Shown here one piece after another: positions 19,315 through 32,191 of a DNA stretch of 64,000 bases (positions are counted from its first letter, which is position 1; each line of letters opens with the position of its first letter). The position numbers were made by a program, and so were the translations under genes. Source of the DNA: an uncultured Collinsella sp. (GTDB taxonomy: Bacteria > Actinomycetota > Coriobacteriia > Coriobacteriales > Coriobacteriaceae); assembly GCA_958418185.1 (NCBI GenBank), contig CATZEP010000001.1:13103-77102 (forward strand), in the 5' to 3' direction. Under the pieces are notes generated by a model. That model did not search any database, had not been told where the DNA came from, and was given only the letters and a program-made list of their open reading frames with translations.

Positions 19315-19544
19315 GTGGGCAAAAAATGCCAAATATGAGTACTGTTGCTAAGTGAATAGCATTTACATCCAAAAAGATAATGAACATAACCTATAGCATG
19401 TTCATTAAAATTGGCTTCAATACGCCTTAAACCAGTCGGGTTGGCTGCTTTAGGGGGTTATAGGGGTCGCCCGAACGTCAATTTGGGTGGTTTTGCCTGC
19501 TACTAAAATGGTAACAGTACTCATATTTGCCCTTTTTTGCCCAC
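19315..19544. mobile_element. 230-bp AT-rich MITE-like element with 34-bp terminal inverted repeats
   Basis: 19315-19348 matches the reverse complement of 19511-19544 at 31/34; internal palindrome AATGAACAT...ATGTTCATT; no ORF. Confidence 0.6.
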
Positions 19545-19715
19545 AGGCCTTTGAGGTTGCGGCGAAAAGGGCTTGTTTTGATTGTTTGGGGCAGGCACGA
19601 GGCACGGAAACGATGTCTGGAGGGGCGGAGCGGCTTGGAATTCATCCGTAGAGGTCTTCATTGGCTGCGCCAGGAGTGCTTCCGGGTGCTGGTGCAAAAG
19701 GAGTGTCCCTAACTG

Positions 19716-19753
19716 CCGCAGGGGGCGTCGGCCGTGGCCGACGCCCCCTGCGG
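19716..19753. terminator. Strong GC hairpin downstream of the acyltransferase
   Basis: CCGCAGGGGGCGTCGGCC-gt-GGCCGACGCCCCCTGCGG. Confidence 0.7.
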
Positions 19754-19776
19754 GTGTAAGCAGATTTGGCTGCGCG

Positions 19777-21993
19777 TTACTTGTCGGTGCCCAGCTTGTG
19801 TGGCTTGTAGGCGAGGGCATTGACGAGTGCGTCGGCGGCGGACTTGACGGCTACCGGCTGCGGATCGTTGACGTGGTCCTCGGGGTGCACGGGCAGGTCT
19901 TTCTTGACTGCATCGTGGATCAGGTTGAGGTACTCGGTCACGCCGGTAGTCGACAGGTGCGTGCCGTCGCCATCGAACAGGTCGTTGCGGTTGGCGCTGT
20001 GCCCGTACCAGTCGATAACGCGTACATTCTTGTAGCGCGTGGCGGCGTTGGCGATGGCCTGGTTCGTGGACCCGACCCACGGCTGCGGGCTACGCGTGTT
20101 TACAAACACGACGATACGCTGCTCGCCGGCGTCGGCCATAATCGCGTCGACCTGGGCGTCCGTTACCAAACCGTTGGTGCCCAGGGCAAAGACCACGATC
20201 TTGCCGGCAAGATTCTGCTGGATATAGCCCTCAAATGTCGCGCGGCCCGCATCAAACTGGCGGCCCTTTTCGGCATCGATATGGCTGTGCGGGAACACGC
20301 CGTCAAAGGAATCAACGGCGCGCAGCGACACGGAGTCGCCGATCATCAACAGGTCGTAGGAGCCATCGGGGAAGCCGTCGTTGTCCTTGTCGGTGTCGTC
20401 GGCCGCTTGCTGGTCGGTGGGCGCGGTGTTTTCGGCTTCCTTGTTCAGAACTTCGGCGCCCTCGCCGCTCAGCGCAGACGTCTCGGGCACAAAGATCAGA
20501 CCGCCCAGTGCAACGACCAACACGACAGCGCAGGCTGCGCAGACAGGGACGTGCGCGCGTGCCCAGTTGGCGGGCGTGGTGGTGCCATCGCGGAATTCGG
20601 CGACGGTGCGGCCGAAGGCACCCTTCCTAAATGGCGTTTCGATAAAGCGATAGGAACACTCGGCTACGGCGACCACCAGCAGCACCTGCAAAATGTACTG
20701 CCACCAGGGCGTATCGTTGATGTTGGCGACCGGGTTCATGAGCAACAGCAGCGGATAGTGCCACAGGTAGATACTGTACGAGCGCTTGCCAACCCACACG
20801 AGTGGCTCGGCGGACAGCGCGCGGGCAACCATTCCCTGGGGCTGCACACAGGCCGCGATGACCATGAGCGTGAGGATGGAGCATAACAGCGTGCCGCCGC
20901 GATACTGGAACGCGGTGTAGCCGTTGGTGAGCGCGACCATGGCGGCAAGGCCAACCAGACCCACGACGCCCAACACATCGATGGATGCGGGCGAGGACCA
21001 AAAGCGCACGAGGGCGCTCGGCTGTGCCGGGGCGGTCTCGGCTGATTCGTCGGCCTTCTCGCCAGGCTTGCCCTCGGCATTCTTGCCGTGCTTGGCGGCG
21101 CCAGCCAGGCGATTGAGCCCCAAACGATGTGCGAGACGCACCGGCGCCAGGTCGCGATCGGGGATAAAGGCCATCCAGGCACCCAGCAGCAGCGAGAACA
21201 CGCGGGTGTCGGTGCCGTAGTACACGCGGCTGGGGTCGGCGGCAGGGTTGTAAAGCACCATCATGGCGAGGGCAGATACCGCGGCAAGGCCCAGAACCAC
21301 GCGGCGCGTGTGGGGCTTGCTTACATGCATGGATACCATGGCAAACAGCAGTGGCGGCCAAATCAGGTAGAACTGTTCCTCGATGGCAAGCGACCAAAAG
21401 TGCGTGAGCGGCGAGGGGTCGCCCAGAGCATTGAAGTACGAGACGTTTTGGGCAATCTGCCACCAGTTGTTGAAGAACAGCAGCGACGGCAGGATGTCAG
21501 GGCGCATCTTGGTGAGCATCACGTGGTTAAAGATGGTACACAGCGCGCAGGTCACGAACACTACCGTTACCACGGCGGGGACCAGGCGACGGATGCGGCG
21601 AATCCAGAAGCTCTTAAGGTCGATGCGGCCGGTCTTAGCGACTTCGTTGAGCAGCAAGCGCGTGATCAGATAGCCCGAAAGCACAAAGAAGATCGTAACG
21701 CCGAGCAGGCCGCCCTGAGCCCACGTGAGGTTGAGGTGATAGAGCACCACCGCGACGACGGCGAGCGTGCGCAGACCGTCGAGGGCGGGGATATAGCGAG
21801 ATTTGGGACGAGCAGGCGCCTGTTCTTTTGCGGCGCTGTTGGTGTGGGCGCCCTTGTTGGTGGGCGTTCGATGCGGGCTCGGGCCGCGTCGCGACTCGCC
21901 GGTGCGGCGGTCGGCGCGCGGGCGTTCGTGCGGCGCCTGGTTATCGGGCGCGCGGCGCGGTCCGCGTGGGCTCGATTGTGGGAATTGCTCCAT
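19777..21993 (-). CDS. Acyltransferase-3 plus SGNH domain O-acetyltransferase (OatA-like)
   Basis: LDGLRTLAV, GVTIFFVLSGYLIT, FWIRRIRRL, HFWSLAIEEQFY, IGDSV, LGTN, DGTH. Confidence 0.92.
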   Translation of the reverse strand: MEQFPQSSPRGPRRAPDNQAPHERPRADRRTGESRRGPSPHRTPTNKGAHTNSAAKEQAPARPKSRYIPALDGLRTLAVVAVVLYHLNLTWAQGGLLGVTIFFVLSGYLITRLLLNEVAKTGRIDLKSFWIRRIRRLVPAVVTVVFVTCALCTIFNHVMLTKMRPDILPSLLFFNNWWQIAQNVSYFNALGDPSPLTHFWSLAIEEQFYLIWPPLLFAMVSMHVSKPHTRRVVLGLAAVSALAMMVLYNPAADPSRVYYGTDTRVFSLLLGAWMAFIPDRDLAPVRLAHRLGLNRLAGAAKHGKNAEGKPGEKADESAETAPAQPSALVRFWSSPASIDVLGVVGLVGLAAMVALTNGYTAFQYRGGTLLCSILTLMVIAACVQPQGMVARALSAEPLVWVGKRSYSIYLWHYPLLLLMNPVANINDTPWWQYILQVLLVVAVAECSYRFIETPFRKGAFGRTVAEFRDGTTTPANWARAHVPVCAACAVVLVVALGGLIFVPETSALSGEGAEVLNKEAENTAPTDQQAADDTDKDNDGFPDGSYDLLMIGDSVSLRAVDSFDGVFPHSHIDAEKGRQFDAGRATFEGYIQQNLAGKIVVFALGTNGLVTDAQVDAIMADAGEQRIVVFVNTRSPQPWVGSTNQAIANAATRYKNVRVIDWYGHSANRNDLFDGDGTHLSTTGVTEYLNLIHDAVKKDLPVHPEDHVNDPQPVAVKSAADALVNALAYKPHKLGTDK

Positions 21994-22086
21994 AAAACAT
22001 CATCCAATGACGAGAATACTCAGCACATATTCATTGTAGCTGCCTGCTCCTGTGAATGCTTGCTGCTGGCGCAACCTCAAGGGCGC

Positions 22087-22104
22087 GTTCACATCAAAGT
22101 GAAC
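22087..22104. promoter_or_regulatory. Palindrome GTTCAC-ATCAAA-GTGAAC upstream of ribokinase; candidate operator
   Basis: Perfect 6-bp arms in the divergent promoter region. Confidence 0.35.
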
Positions 22105-22180
22105 TAAAGTTATAAGGGGTGCGAAGGCGCGCAATCGACGGTCGACGGTGGGTTCAAGGCCCGCAGACGAGGAGGTTTCC

Positions 22181-23143
22181 ATGGCAGACAACGGCATTGT
22201 TGCGGTGTTCGGCAGCATGAACATGGACCTTTCGGTGGCGTGCGAGCGCATGCCGCGCGCGGGCGAGACCGTCGGCGGCAGCGGTTTTATCACCAACGCT
22301 GGCGGCAAAGGCGCCAACCAGGCCGTCGCTGCCGCGCGCATGGGCGCGCGCACGAACATGATCGGCGCGGTCGGGCGCGATGCGTTTGGTGCATCGCTCG
22401 TGGCGGGGCTCCAAGATGCTGGCGTGGACTGTGACTTTGTGGCGCGGTGCAACGACGTGGAGACGGGCACGGCGACCATCATTCGCTGCGAGGGCGACAA
22501 CCGCATCGTGCTGTCACCGGGTGCCAACCATGCGCTTGCGGGCGAGGACGTTGCCTGCGCGCTGAGACGTCTGGTGGCCGATGAGTTCGACGGCGACGCC
22601 AGCGATATTGCCCCGGCTGCCGGCAGCGTCTTTATCGCTCAGGGCGAATGTGACCTTGCAGCGACTGCCGAGGCGCTTGTTTGCGCTCATGAGCTGGGGT
22701 TCTATACGGTCTTTAACCCGGCTCCCGCCTGCGATCTGCCGGCGGGAGCGTGGCCTGCGGTCGACTTGGTCTGTCCCAACGAGACCGAGTGCCAGGTTCT
22801 GACGGGTATCCTGCCCAAGGACGATGAGAGCTGCGCTGCTGCGCTCAGCGCCCTGCTCGCCAAGGGTGCCGGCGCCGCGGTCATCACGCTGGGTGGCGCC
22901 GGCTCGGTTACGCTTGGCGATGACGGCGAGCCGCTGCGCATGCCGGCGCTTTCGAGCACAGTGGTCGATACGACGGCCGCCGGCGATACGTTTATCGGCG
23001 CGCTTGCCGCGGCTCGCCTAGAGGGCTTGTCGCTCTTTGAGTGCATGGCCGCGGGTGCTCGCGCCTCGGCAGTGACGGTGTCGCGCCTGGGCGCTCAGCA
23101 ATCGATTCCCACGCGCGCCGAAGTTGAACATTGGTTTGGTTAA
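22181..23143 (+). CDS. rbsK: Ribokinase (PfkB family)
   Basis: GSMNMDL, GGKGANQAVAAAR, NPAPA, PNETE, DTTAAGDTFIG. Confidence 0.88.
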   Translation: MADNGIVAVFGSMNMDLSVACERMPRAGETVGGSGFITNAGGKGANQAVAAARMGARTNMIGAVGRDAFGASLVAGLQDAGVDCDFVARCNDVETGTATIIRCEGDNRIVLSPGANHALAGEDVACALRRLVADEFDGDASDIAPAAGSVFIAQGECDLAATAEALVCAHELGFYTVFNPAPACDLPAGAWPAVDLVCPNETECQVLTGILPKDDESCAAALSALLAKGAGAAVITLGGAGSVTLGDDGEPLRMPALSSTVVDTTAAGDTFIGALAAARLEGLSLFECMAAGARASAVTVSRLGAQQSIPTRAEVEHWFG

Positions 23144-23173
23144 ACGATAAAGACGGAGAAGCGGAGTAGAACA

Positions 23174-24148
23174 ATGGCAATCAAGAAGCTGATCCTTGAT
23201 CTGGATATGGGTGTGGACGATGCGATGGCGCTGGCCTATGCCATCGCGAGCCCCGAGGTGGAACTCGTGGGCATCACCACGTGTTTTGGCAACGTGCGCG
23301 TCGACCAGTCGGCGCATAACTGCCTGGCGGTGCTCGACCTGTTGGGTCGTCCCGAGGTTCCGGTGTACCTGGGCGCCGATCGTCCCATTAAGGCGACTGA
23401 GCCCTATACACCGCCGGCGTCCACCACGCTTATCCACGGCAAGAACGGCATCGGCGGGGCGAGCGTGCCCGCGTCGCCGTACGAGCCGGTGGGGGCGACG
23501 TCGGCCGACGGTAACGCGGCGGTCGATTATCTGATTGATGCCGCGCGCACCTATGGCCCCGACCTGATCTACGTGGCGACCGGTCCGCTCTCCAACCTGG
23601 CACTTGCCTTGGAGCGCGATGCGGCGGCGATGATGTCTATCGGTCGCGTGGTCGTGATGGGCGGTGCGCTTACCGTGCCCGGAAACGTGAGCGCGGGCGC
23701 CGAGGCCAACATGGCAAACGATCCTGAGGCGGCCGATGCCGTGCTGCGTTCGGGCCGCAAACTCACCATGGTGGGCTTGGACGTGACGCATCGCGTGGTG
23801 CTCACGCGTCGCGACATTGCCGGCTGGACGGGCTCGGGCACCATGGCCGGTTGCGCGTTTGCGAGCATGGTGGAGCACTACATTGGCTCGTACGAGATGA
23901 ACGCACCCTACCTGGGTGGCTGTGCGCTGCACGATCCTCTGGCCGTTGCCGTGGCGATCGACCCTACGCTCGTGGGTGCGCTCGGCTGCAATCTGCGTGT
24001 TGATCTGCTAGGCGAGTATCGCGGCCGCACCATTTGCGACGAGCGCCGCCTATCCGATCCGGACAAGAGCGCGCTTGTGGCGCTGACCGTGGATGCCCCG
24101 CGCTTCCTGTCCGAGTTCAAGACACGCATGGCCCTCGTCCTGGGCTGA
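23174..24148 (+). CDS. Nucleoside hydrolase (IU-NH family)
   Basis: DLDMGVDDAMAL, GNV, HGKNG, TGPLSN, AEAN, LHDP. Confidence 0.92.
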   Translation: MAIKKLILDLDMGVDDAMALAYAIASPEVELVGITTCFGNVRVDQSAHNCLAVLDLLGRPEVPVYLGADRPIKATEPYTPPASTTLIHGKNGIGGASVPASPYEPVGATSADGNAAVDYLIDAARTYGPDLIYVATGPLSNLALALERDAAAMMSIGRVVVMGGALTVPGNVSAGAEANMANDPEAADAVLRSGRKLTMVGLDVTHRVVLTRRDIAGWTGSGTMAGCAFASMVEHYIGSYEMNAPYLGGCALHDPLAVAVAIDPTLVGALGCNLRVDLLGEYRGRTICDERRLSDPDKSALVALTVDAPRFLSEFKTRMALVLG

Positions 24149-24276
24149 TCCGCAAGATTGAGACGGCCTCCCAATCGTTTCAACGCTTCCAAAACCGTTC
24201 ACGGACGATATGCTACCGTTGGTCGGCTGTGGACGGTGCTCCCCGCGAAGATATGGGCTATCATTCTTTGTTGCGC

Positions 24277-24383
24277 GGATTGTTACTTCTAGGGAGGCAT
24301 GCCCGCGCCTCGATACAACGGATTGTTACTGGTAAGGCATGACCGCGATAGCTCGGCTATTTGCAGTCATGCCTTTTCTTTTT
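24277..24383 (+). promoter_or_regulatory. Two tandem RAT (ribonucleic antiterminator) sites; the second overlaps an intrinsic terminator
   Basis: GGATTGTTACT...AGGCATGCCC (24277-24304) and GGATTGTTACT...AGGCATGACC (24320-24344); terminator AAGGCATGAC...GTCATGCCTTTTCTTTTT. Confidence 0.8.
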
Positions 24384-24408
24384 GATAATTCCGAAAGGAG
24401 GTTCAATA

Positions 24409-25248
24409 ATGCTTGCGATTAAAAAGCTCAACAACAATGCCGTTCTTTGCCGCGACGGGCAGGGGCGCGACGTGATCGCCATGGGCAGGGGCGTCGGGTT
24501 TGGGGGAGAATTTCCCCGCGAGCTGCCGCTCTCTAAGATTGAGCATACGTTTTATGACATCGACCCCAAAGGGCAGGACGTCATGCGCGACCTTCCTTCT
24601 GAGATCGTGATGTTCACGGCCAAGGTGATGGACATCGTCGCCAACGAGCTGCCCTATGATCTGTCGACCAAGGCGACATTGTTCATGGCCGATCACCTGT
24701 CATTTGCGGTGGAGCGCGCGCAAAAGGGTTTTCGTATTGCGATGCCTCTCGCCTATGAAGTGCGCGAGACATATCCTAAGGAATACAAAGCGGCGCAGTT
24801 TATCGTTATGAGGCTCGAAAAGGAGCTTGGTGAACGACTTCCCAAAGAAGAGATTGCCAGCATTGCCATGAATCTCGTCAATGCGCGGGTTGTTCAGGCC
24901 ATCGAGACCGCGAGCAAACCCACCAAGCAGTTTGACGATATGCTAGAAGATGTCACTGAGATCGTCGAGAGTGATTTTCGCATCATCGTTGACCGCGATT
25001 CCTACGATTTCACTCGCTATGCCACGCATCTGCGGTACCTGTTCAAGCGCATTCAAGCCGGCGAGTCGCTGAACAGCGCCAACATGCAGATGTACAAGAA
25101 CTTTCGTGAGGAGCTTCCGCAGTTGGCAGAGTGCGTGAAGCATATCGGTTCCTATTGTCGTGAAACGTGGGACGCCACGCTCTCCGAGGAGGAGGAACTC
25201 TATCTGATGATCCATCTCAACCGGATCATCTCCAAAAAAGGATTGTAA
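24409..25248 (+). CDS. BglG/LicT family transcriptional antiterminator (CAT plus two PRD)
   Basis: IKKLNNNAV, MGRGVGF, ADHLSFAVER, THLRY, EELYLMIHLNR. Confidence 0.93.
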   Translation: MLAIKKLNNNAVLCRDGQGRDVIAMGRGVGFGGEFPRELPLSKIEHTFYDIDPKGQDVMRDLPSEIVMFTAKVMDIVANELPYDLSTKATLFMADHLSFAVERAQKGFRIAMPLAYEVRETYPKEYKAAQFIVMRLEKELGERLPKEEIASIAMNLVNARVVQAIETASKPTKQFDDMLEDVTEIVESDFRIIVDRDSYDFTRYATHLRYLFKRIQAGESLNSANMQMYKNFREELPQLAECVKHIGSYCRETWDATLSEEEELYLMIHLNRIISKKGL

Positions 25249-25272
25249 CCCGTAGCCATTCGGGGCATGACC
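25240..25272 (+). promoter_or_regulatory. Third RAT-like site, overlapping the antiterminator stop codon, before the PTS gene
   Basis: GGATTGTAACCCG-tagccatt-CGGGGCATGACC. Confidence 0.65.
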
Positions 25273-25315
25273 TTTGCCGATTCGAACAGTAAGCCAAGAT
25301 TGTGCAAAGGAGCCA

Positions 25316-28332
<3,017 letters not shown>

Positions 28333-28514
28333 TAACGTTAAGATGGACAAATGCGCCCGTTGGGGGAATAGTCGCGCCACTTTGCTTGACAACAGGCTAA
28401 ACTAGCTAATAAACATTTACTCTTCTGTTTAGATTGAATTTGCGGTCGTTTAGTTGCCGAGCCACGGGGCGGTCAAGCCACGATGCTCGGCCGCGACCGA
28501 TGCTAGGGGGAACG

Positions 28515-29525
28515 ATGGCTAAAGCAAGCGTCCGCGAGATCAGCCGCATTACCGGCTTTTCGCCCGCAACCGTGTCCAACGCGCTCAACCGCAAGCGCAG
28601 CGTGAGCGAGGAGACCGCCAAGGTCATCCTGGAGTGCGCGCAGTCGCTTGGCTATCAGCAGTCGACGCAGCTCGAGAGCATCCAGTTTGTGCTTGCGCGC
28701 AAGACGGGCGCCATCCTGGACGAGAGCACCTTCCATCCCGCGGTCATCGAGGGCGTGGAGCGCCAGGCGCGTCGCCACGGCATGAGCACGAGCTTTGTCT
28801 CGCTCGACTTTAGCGACCTGGACGCCGTGCGCCCGCAGGTCGAGGGCCTGATTGCCGATCCGGCCGCCGCCATTGTGCTAATGGGTACGGAGTTGGGCGA
28901 GGAGGACTACGCCTTGTTTGCCAACGCTGCCGCCCACCTGATCGTGCTCGATGGCTGGAGCGATCGTCAGTACTTTGATGCCGTAGTTATTGCCAACACC
29001 GATTCGGTGCTGCGTGCCGTGGACTACCTTATCGAGAAAGGTCACAAGCAAATCGGCTATCTGGCGGGCGACCTTCGTATCCGCAACTTTAAGGACCGCG
29101 AGCGCGGCTATCGCCAAGCGCTTGAGGATGCGGGCCTCGAGGCCAATCTGGCATGGCGTGTCACGCTGGGCACCACGCTCGAGGGTGCCTATCGCGACAT
29201 GGGCGCGTGGCTCGACAGCGTCTCGCGCGACGACCTGCCGACGGCTTTCTTTGCCGAGAACGACGTGCTCGCCGTAGGCGCCATGCGCGCGCTCAACGAG
29301 CACGGTATTCGCGTGCCCGAGGATGTTTCGATCATCGGCTTTGACGACCTATCTTTGGGTGCCTTCTCCAACCCACCGCTCACCACGGTGCATGTTCCCA
29401 AACACGAGGTGGGCGAGATTGCGGTGCGCCGCCTGGTGGGCAACATCCGCAATCCCAAGAGCTATACCTGCAAAACGGCCGTGTCGACCTATTTTGTCGA
29501 GCGCCAGAGCGTGCGTGAAATCTAG
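28515..29525 (+). CDS. LacI family transcriptional regulator
   Basis: SVREISRITGFSPATVSNALN HTH; VPEDVSIIGFDD, PPLTTV. Confidence 0.95.
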   Translation: MAKASVREISRITGFSPATVSNALNRKRSVSEETAKVILECAQSLGYQQSTQLESIQFVLARKTGAILDESTFHPAVIEGVERQARRHGMSTSFVSLDFSDLDAVRPQVEGLIADPAAAIVLMGTELGEEDYALFANAAAHLIVLDGWSDRQYFDAVVIANTDSVLRAVDYLIEKGHKQIGYLAGDLRIRNFKDRERGYRQALEDAGLEANLAWRVTLGTTLEGAYRDMGAWLDSVSRDDLPTAFFAENDVLAVGAMRALNEHGIRVPEDVSIIGFDDLSLGAFSNPPLTTVHVPKHEVGEIAVRRLVGNIRNPKSYTCKTAVSTYFVERQSVREI

Positions 29526-29588
29526 GCGGAACGGCGCCAGGCCTCAGAGCGGAAAAGTCCGCCAAAGGCAACCATACATAACGCTACC

Positions 29589-29617
29589 AAGAGGGGGTCC
29601 TTCGGGGCCCTCTTTTT
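29589..29617 (+). terminator. Intrinsic terminator
   Basis: AAGAGGGGGTCC-TTCG-GGGCCCTCTTTTT. Confidence 0.8.
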
Positions 29618-29635
29618 GTTGCCCTTGTATGTTCA

Positions 29636-29763
29636 GATTGTTTACATACCGTTTAGGCTGATTTCTCTACCGTCCACGGGTATTTCGCGCTAAACTTCTA
29701 AACATAAGAGTAAAACATTTAGTAAACAGAATAAAACGAAACACACGTCTGTTTACTGAACAT
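29636..29763 (+). promoter_or_regulatory. AT-rich promoter with repeated TAAAC/GTTTA operator half-sites
   Basis: AGTAAACAGA (29721) and its inverse TCTGTTTACT (29748); the same motif recurs at 53235-53258. Confidence 0.65.
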
Positions 29764-29783
29764 GTGATTAGGGGAGGACGTAC

Positions 29784-31184
29784 ATGGACAAGATCAAGCT
29801 CGGCTTTGTGCCCACGCGCCGCAGCATCTTTAGCGCGCCGGACGCGATCAAGTATCGCGGCCTTACGGCTGATCGCCTGCGCGAGATCGGTGTCGACATT
29901 GTGGATATCGATGACATCAATGACGAGGGCCTGCTGTTCGACGACAGCCATATCGAGCCTATCGTCAAGAAGTTCCGCGCCGAGGGCGTCGACGGCATCA
30001 TGCTGTGCCACGCCAACTTTGGTACCGAGTACGTCTGCGCTCGCCTTGCCCGCGAGCTCGGCCTGCCCGTGCTGCTGTGGGGCCCGCGCGACGAGCGCCC
30101 CGAGCCCGACGGCACCCGTCTGCGCGATAGCCAGTGCGGCCTGTTCGCCACTGGCAAGGTCCTGCGCCGCTTCCAGGTGCCCTTTACCTACATGACCAAC
30201 TGCCGCCTGACCGACCCCGAGTTCGAGCGCGGCGTCTGGGACTTTTTGGCCGTGTGCAACGTGGTCAAGACCTTCAAGCGCACCCGCATCCTGCAGATGG
30301 CCACCCGTCCGTTCGACTTCTGGTCGACCATGTGCAACGAGGGCGAGCTGCTCGAGAAGTTCAACATCCAGCTTTCGCCCATCCCCATGACCGAGCTTGT
30401 CCAGGCCGTGCGCGACGCCCAGGCCGACGAGCAGGCCATGACCGCCATGCTTGCCCACATCAACGACAGCTTTGAGATCTGCATTCCCGAGGACAAGGTT
30501 CCCGCGGTCGCCGGTCTTGCCATCGCCATGAAGCGCTTGGTCGAGAAGTACGGTTGCAACGCCGGTGCCATTCAGTGCTGGAACGCTCTGCAGGACGAGC
30601 TGGGCATTATGCCCTGCGCCGCCAACGCCATCCTCAACGAGATGGGTATTCCCATCGTCTGCGAAACCGACATCCACGGCGCCATCACAGCGCTGATGGT
30701 CGAGGCCGCCGACCTGGGCCGTCACCGCGGCATGTTCGCCGACTGGACCGTGCGCCATCCCGATAACGAGAACGGCGAGCTGCTGCAGCACTGCGGCCCC
30801 TGGCCCTGCAGCTGCGCGGCCGTCAAGCCCAAGCTCACCTACCCGCTGGCATTCGATCACCCCGGTGCGCTGACGGCCGAGGCCAAGCACGGTGACCTCA
30901 CCCTTGCCCGCTTTGACGGCGACAACGGTGAGTACTCGCTGCTGCTGGGCAACGCCCGCGGCATCGACGGCCCGGCCGGCATGGGCACCTATCTGTGGGT
31001 CGAGGTCGAGAACCTCAAGCGCCTCGAGGCCAAGATCGTCGAGGGTCCCTACATCCACCACTGCGTCGCTATTCACGCCAACGTGGTGCCGGTGCTCTAC
31101 GAGGCGTGCAAGTACATCGGCATCCAGCCCGACCTATACGACCCTATTGAGCAGGACGTTAAAGCTTACCTGCGCGGTGAGTAG
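29784..31184 (+). CDS. L-fucose/L-arabinose isomerase family protein (candidate apiose isomerase)
   Basis: NFGTE, LRDSQCG, AIQCW, MPC, CETDIHGA, HCG, PYIHH; substrate inferred from context. Confidence 0.8.
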   Translation: MDKIKLGFVPTRRSIFSAPDAIKYRGLTADRLREIGVDIVDIDDINDEGLLFDDSHIEPIVKKFRAEGVDGIMLCHANFGTEYVCARLARELGLPVLLWGPRDERPEPDGTRLRDSQCGLFATGKVLRRFQVPFTYMTNCRLTDPEFERGVWDFLAVCNVVKTFKRTRILQMATRPFDFWSTMCNEGELLEKFNIQLSPIPMTELVQAVRDAQADEQAMTAMLAHINDSFEICIPEDKVPAVAGLAIAMKRLVEKYGCNAGAIQCWNALQDELGIMPCAANAILNEMGIPIVCETDIHGAITALMVEAADLGRHRGMFADWTVRHPDNENGELLQHCGPWPCSCAAVKPKLTYPLAFDHPGALTAEAKHGDLTLARFDGDNGEYSLLLGNARGIDGPAGMGTYLWVEVENLKRLEAKIVEGPYIHHCVAIHANVVPVLYEACKYIGIQPDLYDPIEQDVKAYLRGE

Positions 31185-31214
31185 GGTCGTGCCTACTTTG
31201 TAGCAACGAGCCGG

Positions 31215-31316
31215 CGCGCTACCACAGCACCCAACCTTGCGGTTCAAGCCGTCGCTTGCGTACCAAAGTACGCGGCGCTCCTCTTTCGCCGCAATCTTGG
31301 GCACTGTGGAAACGCG
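31215..31316. repeat. ~100-nt imperfect intergenic foldback with GCGTAC-CAAA-GTACGC apex
   Basis: CCACAG/CTGTGG, CCCAA/TTGGG and TTGCGG/CCGCAA arms pair symmetrically. Confidence 0.6.
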
Positions 31317-31354
31317 GTGGCTTTGACTTTGGAATTTCCTGAAAGGAGTTTTTC

Positions 31355-32191
31355 GTGGCAACTATCGAAGAGCTTGAGTCCCTGCGTTGGGACCTTCGCC
31401 GCGATTGCGTCGATATCATCATGGCTGGCGCCGGCGGCCACATCGGCGGCGACATGTCGGTCATCGACGCCCTCATGACCCTCTACGCCAACCACCTCAA
31501 CATTTCGCCCGAGACCGTCGACGATCCCAACCGCGACCGCTTCGTGCTCTCCAAGGGCCACGCCATGGAAGCCTACTACGCGGTGCTCTGCCACGAGGGC
31601 TATCTGGACCTCGACGACGTTAAGGCCCGCTTCTCCAAGTTCGGCAGCCCCTACATCGGCCACCCCAACAACAAACTCAAGGGCATCGAGATGAACTCGG
31701 GCTCGCTGGGTCACGGCCTGCCCGTGGCCGTGGGCATGGCGCTCGCCGGCAAGATGGACGGTCGCGACTACCGCGTCTACACCATCATGGGCGATGGCGA
31801 GCTTGCCGAGGGCTCGGTCTGGGAGGGCGCCATGAGCGGTGGCAACTACCGGCTCGATAACCTGTGCGCGCTCGTGGACCGCAACCGCCTGCAGATCAGC
31901 GGCAGCACCGAGGACGTTATGAAGCAGGACAGCCAGGAGGAGCGCTGGGCTGCCTTTGGGTGGAACGTGCTGTCCATTCCGGGCAACGACGTCCAGGCTA
32001 TTGACGCTGCGCTGACGCTTGCTGCCGAGACCAAGGGTAAGCCCACGGTCATCATCCTCAACACGGTGAAGGGCTACGGCTCGTCCGTCATGGAGGACAA
32101 GGCCAGCTGGCATCACCACCTGCCCAACGATGAGGAATATGCCCAGATCATCGCCGATTTCGCTGCCCATAAGGAGGCCATCAATGGCTAA
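31355..32191 (+). CDS. Transketolase, N-terminal (ThDP-binding) subunit
   Basis: GHIGG, RDRFVLSKGH, GSLGHG, GDGELAEG..WE, WHH; GTG start after GAAAGGAG. Confidence 0.93.
   Translation: MATIEELESLRWDLRRDCVDIIMAGAGGHIGGDMSVIDALMTLYANHLNISPETVDDPNRDRFVLSKGHAMEAYYAVLCHEGYLDLDDVKARFSKFGSPYIGHPNNKLKGIEMNSGSLGHGLPVAVGMALAGKMDGRDYRVYTIMGDGELAEGSVWEGAMSGGNYRLDNLCALVDRNRLQISGSTEDVMKQDSQEERWAAFGWNVLSIPGNDVQAIDAALTLAAETKGKPTVIILNTVKGYGSSVMEDKASWHHHLPNDEEYAQIIADFAAHKEAING

Noticed and set aside
22147..22165. tRNA T-arm-like GGGTTCAAGGCCC
   Set aside because: No acceptor, D or anticodon arms and no CCA; an isolated hairpin in a 5' UTR
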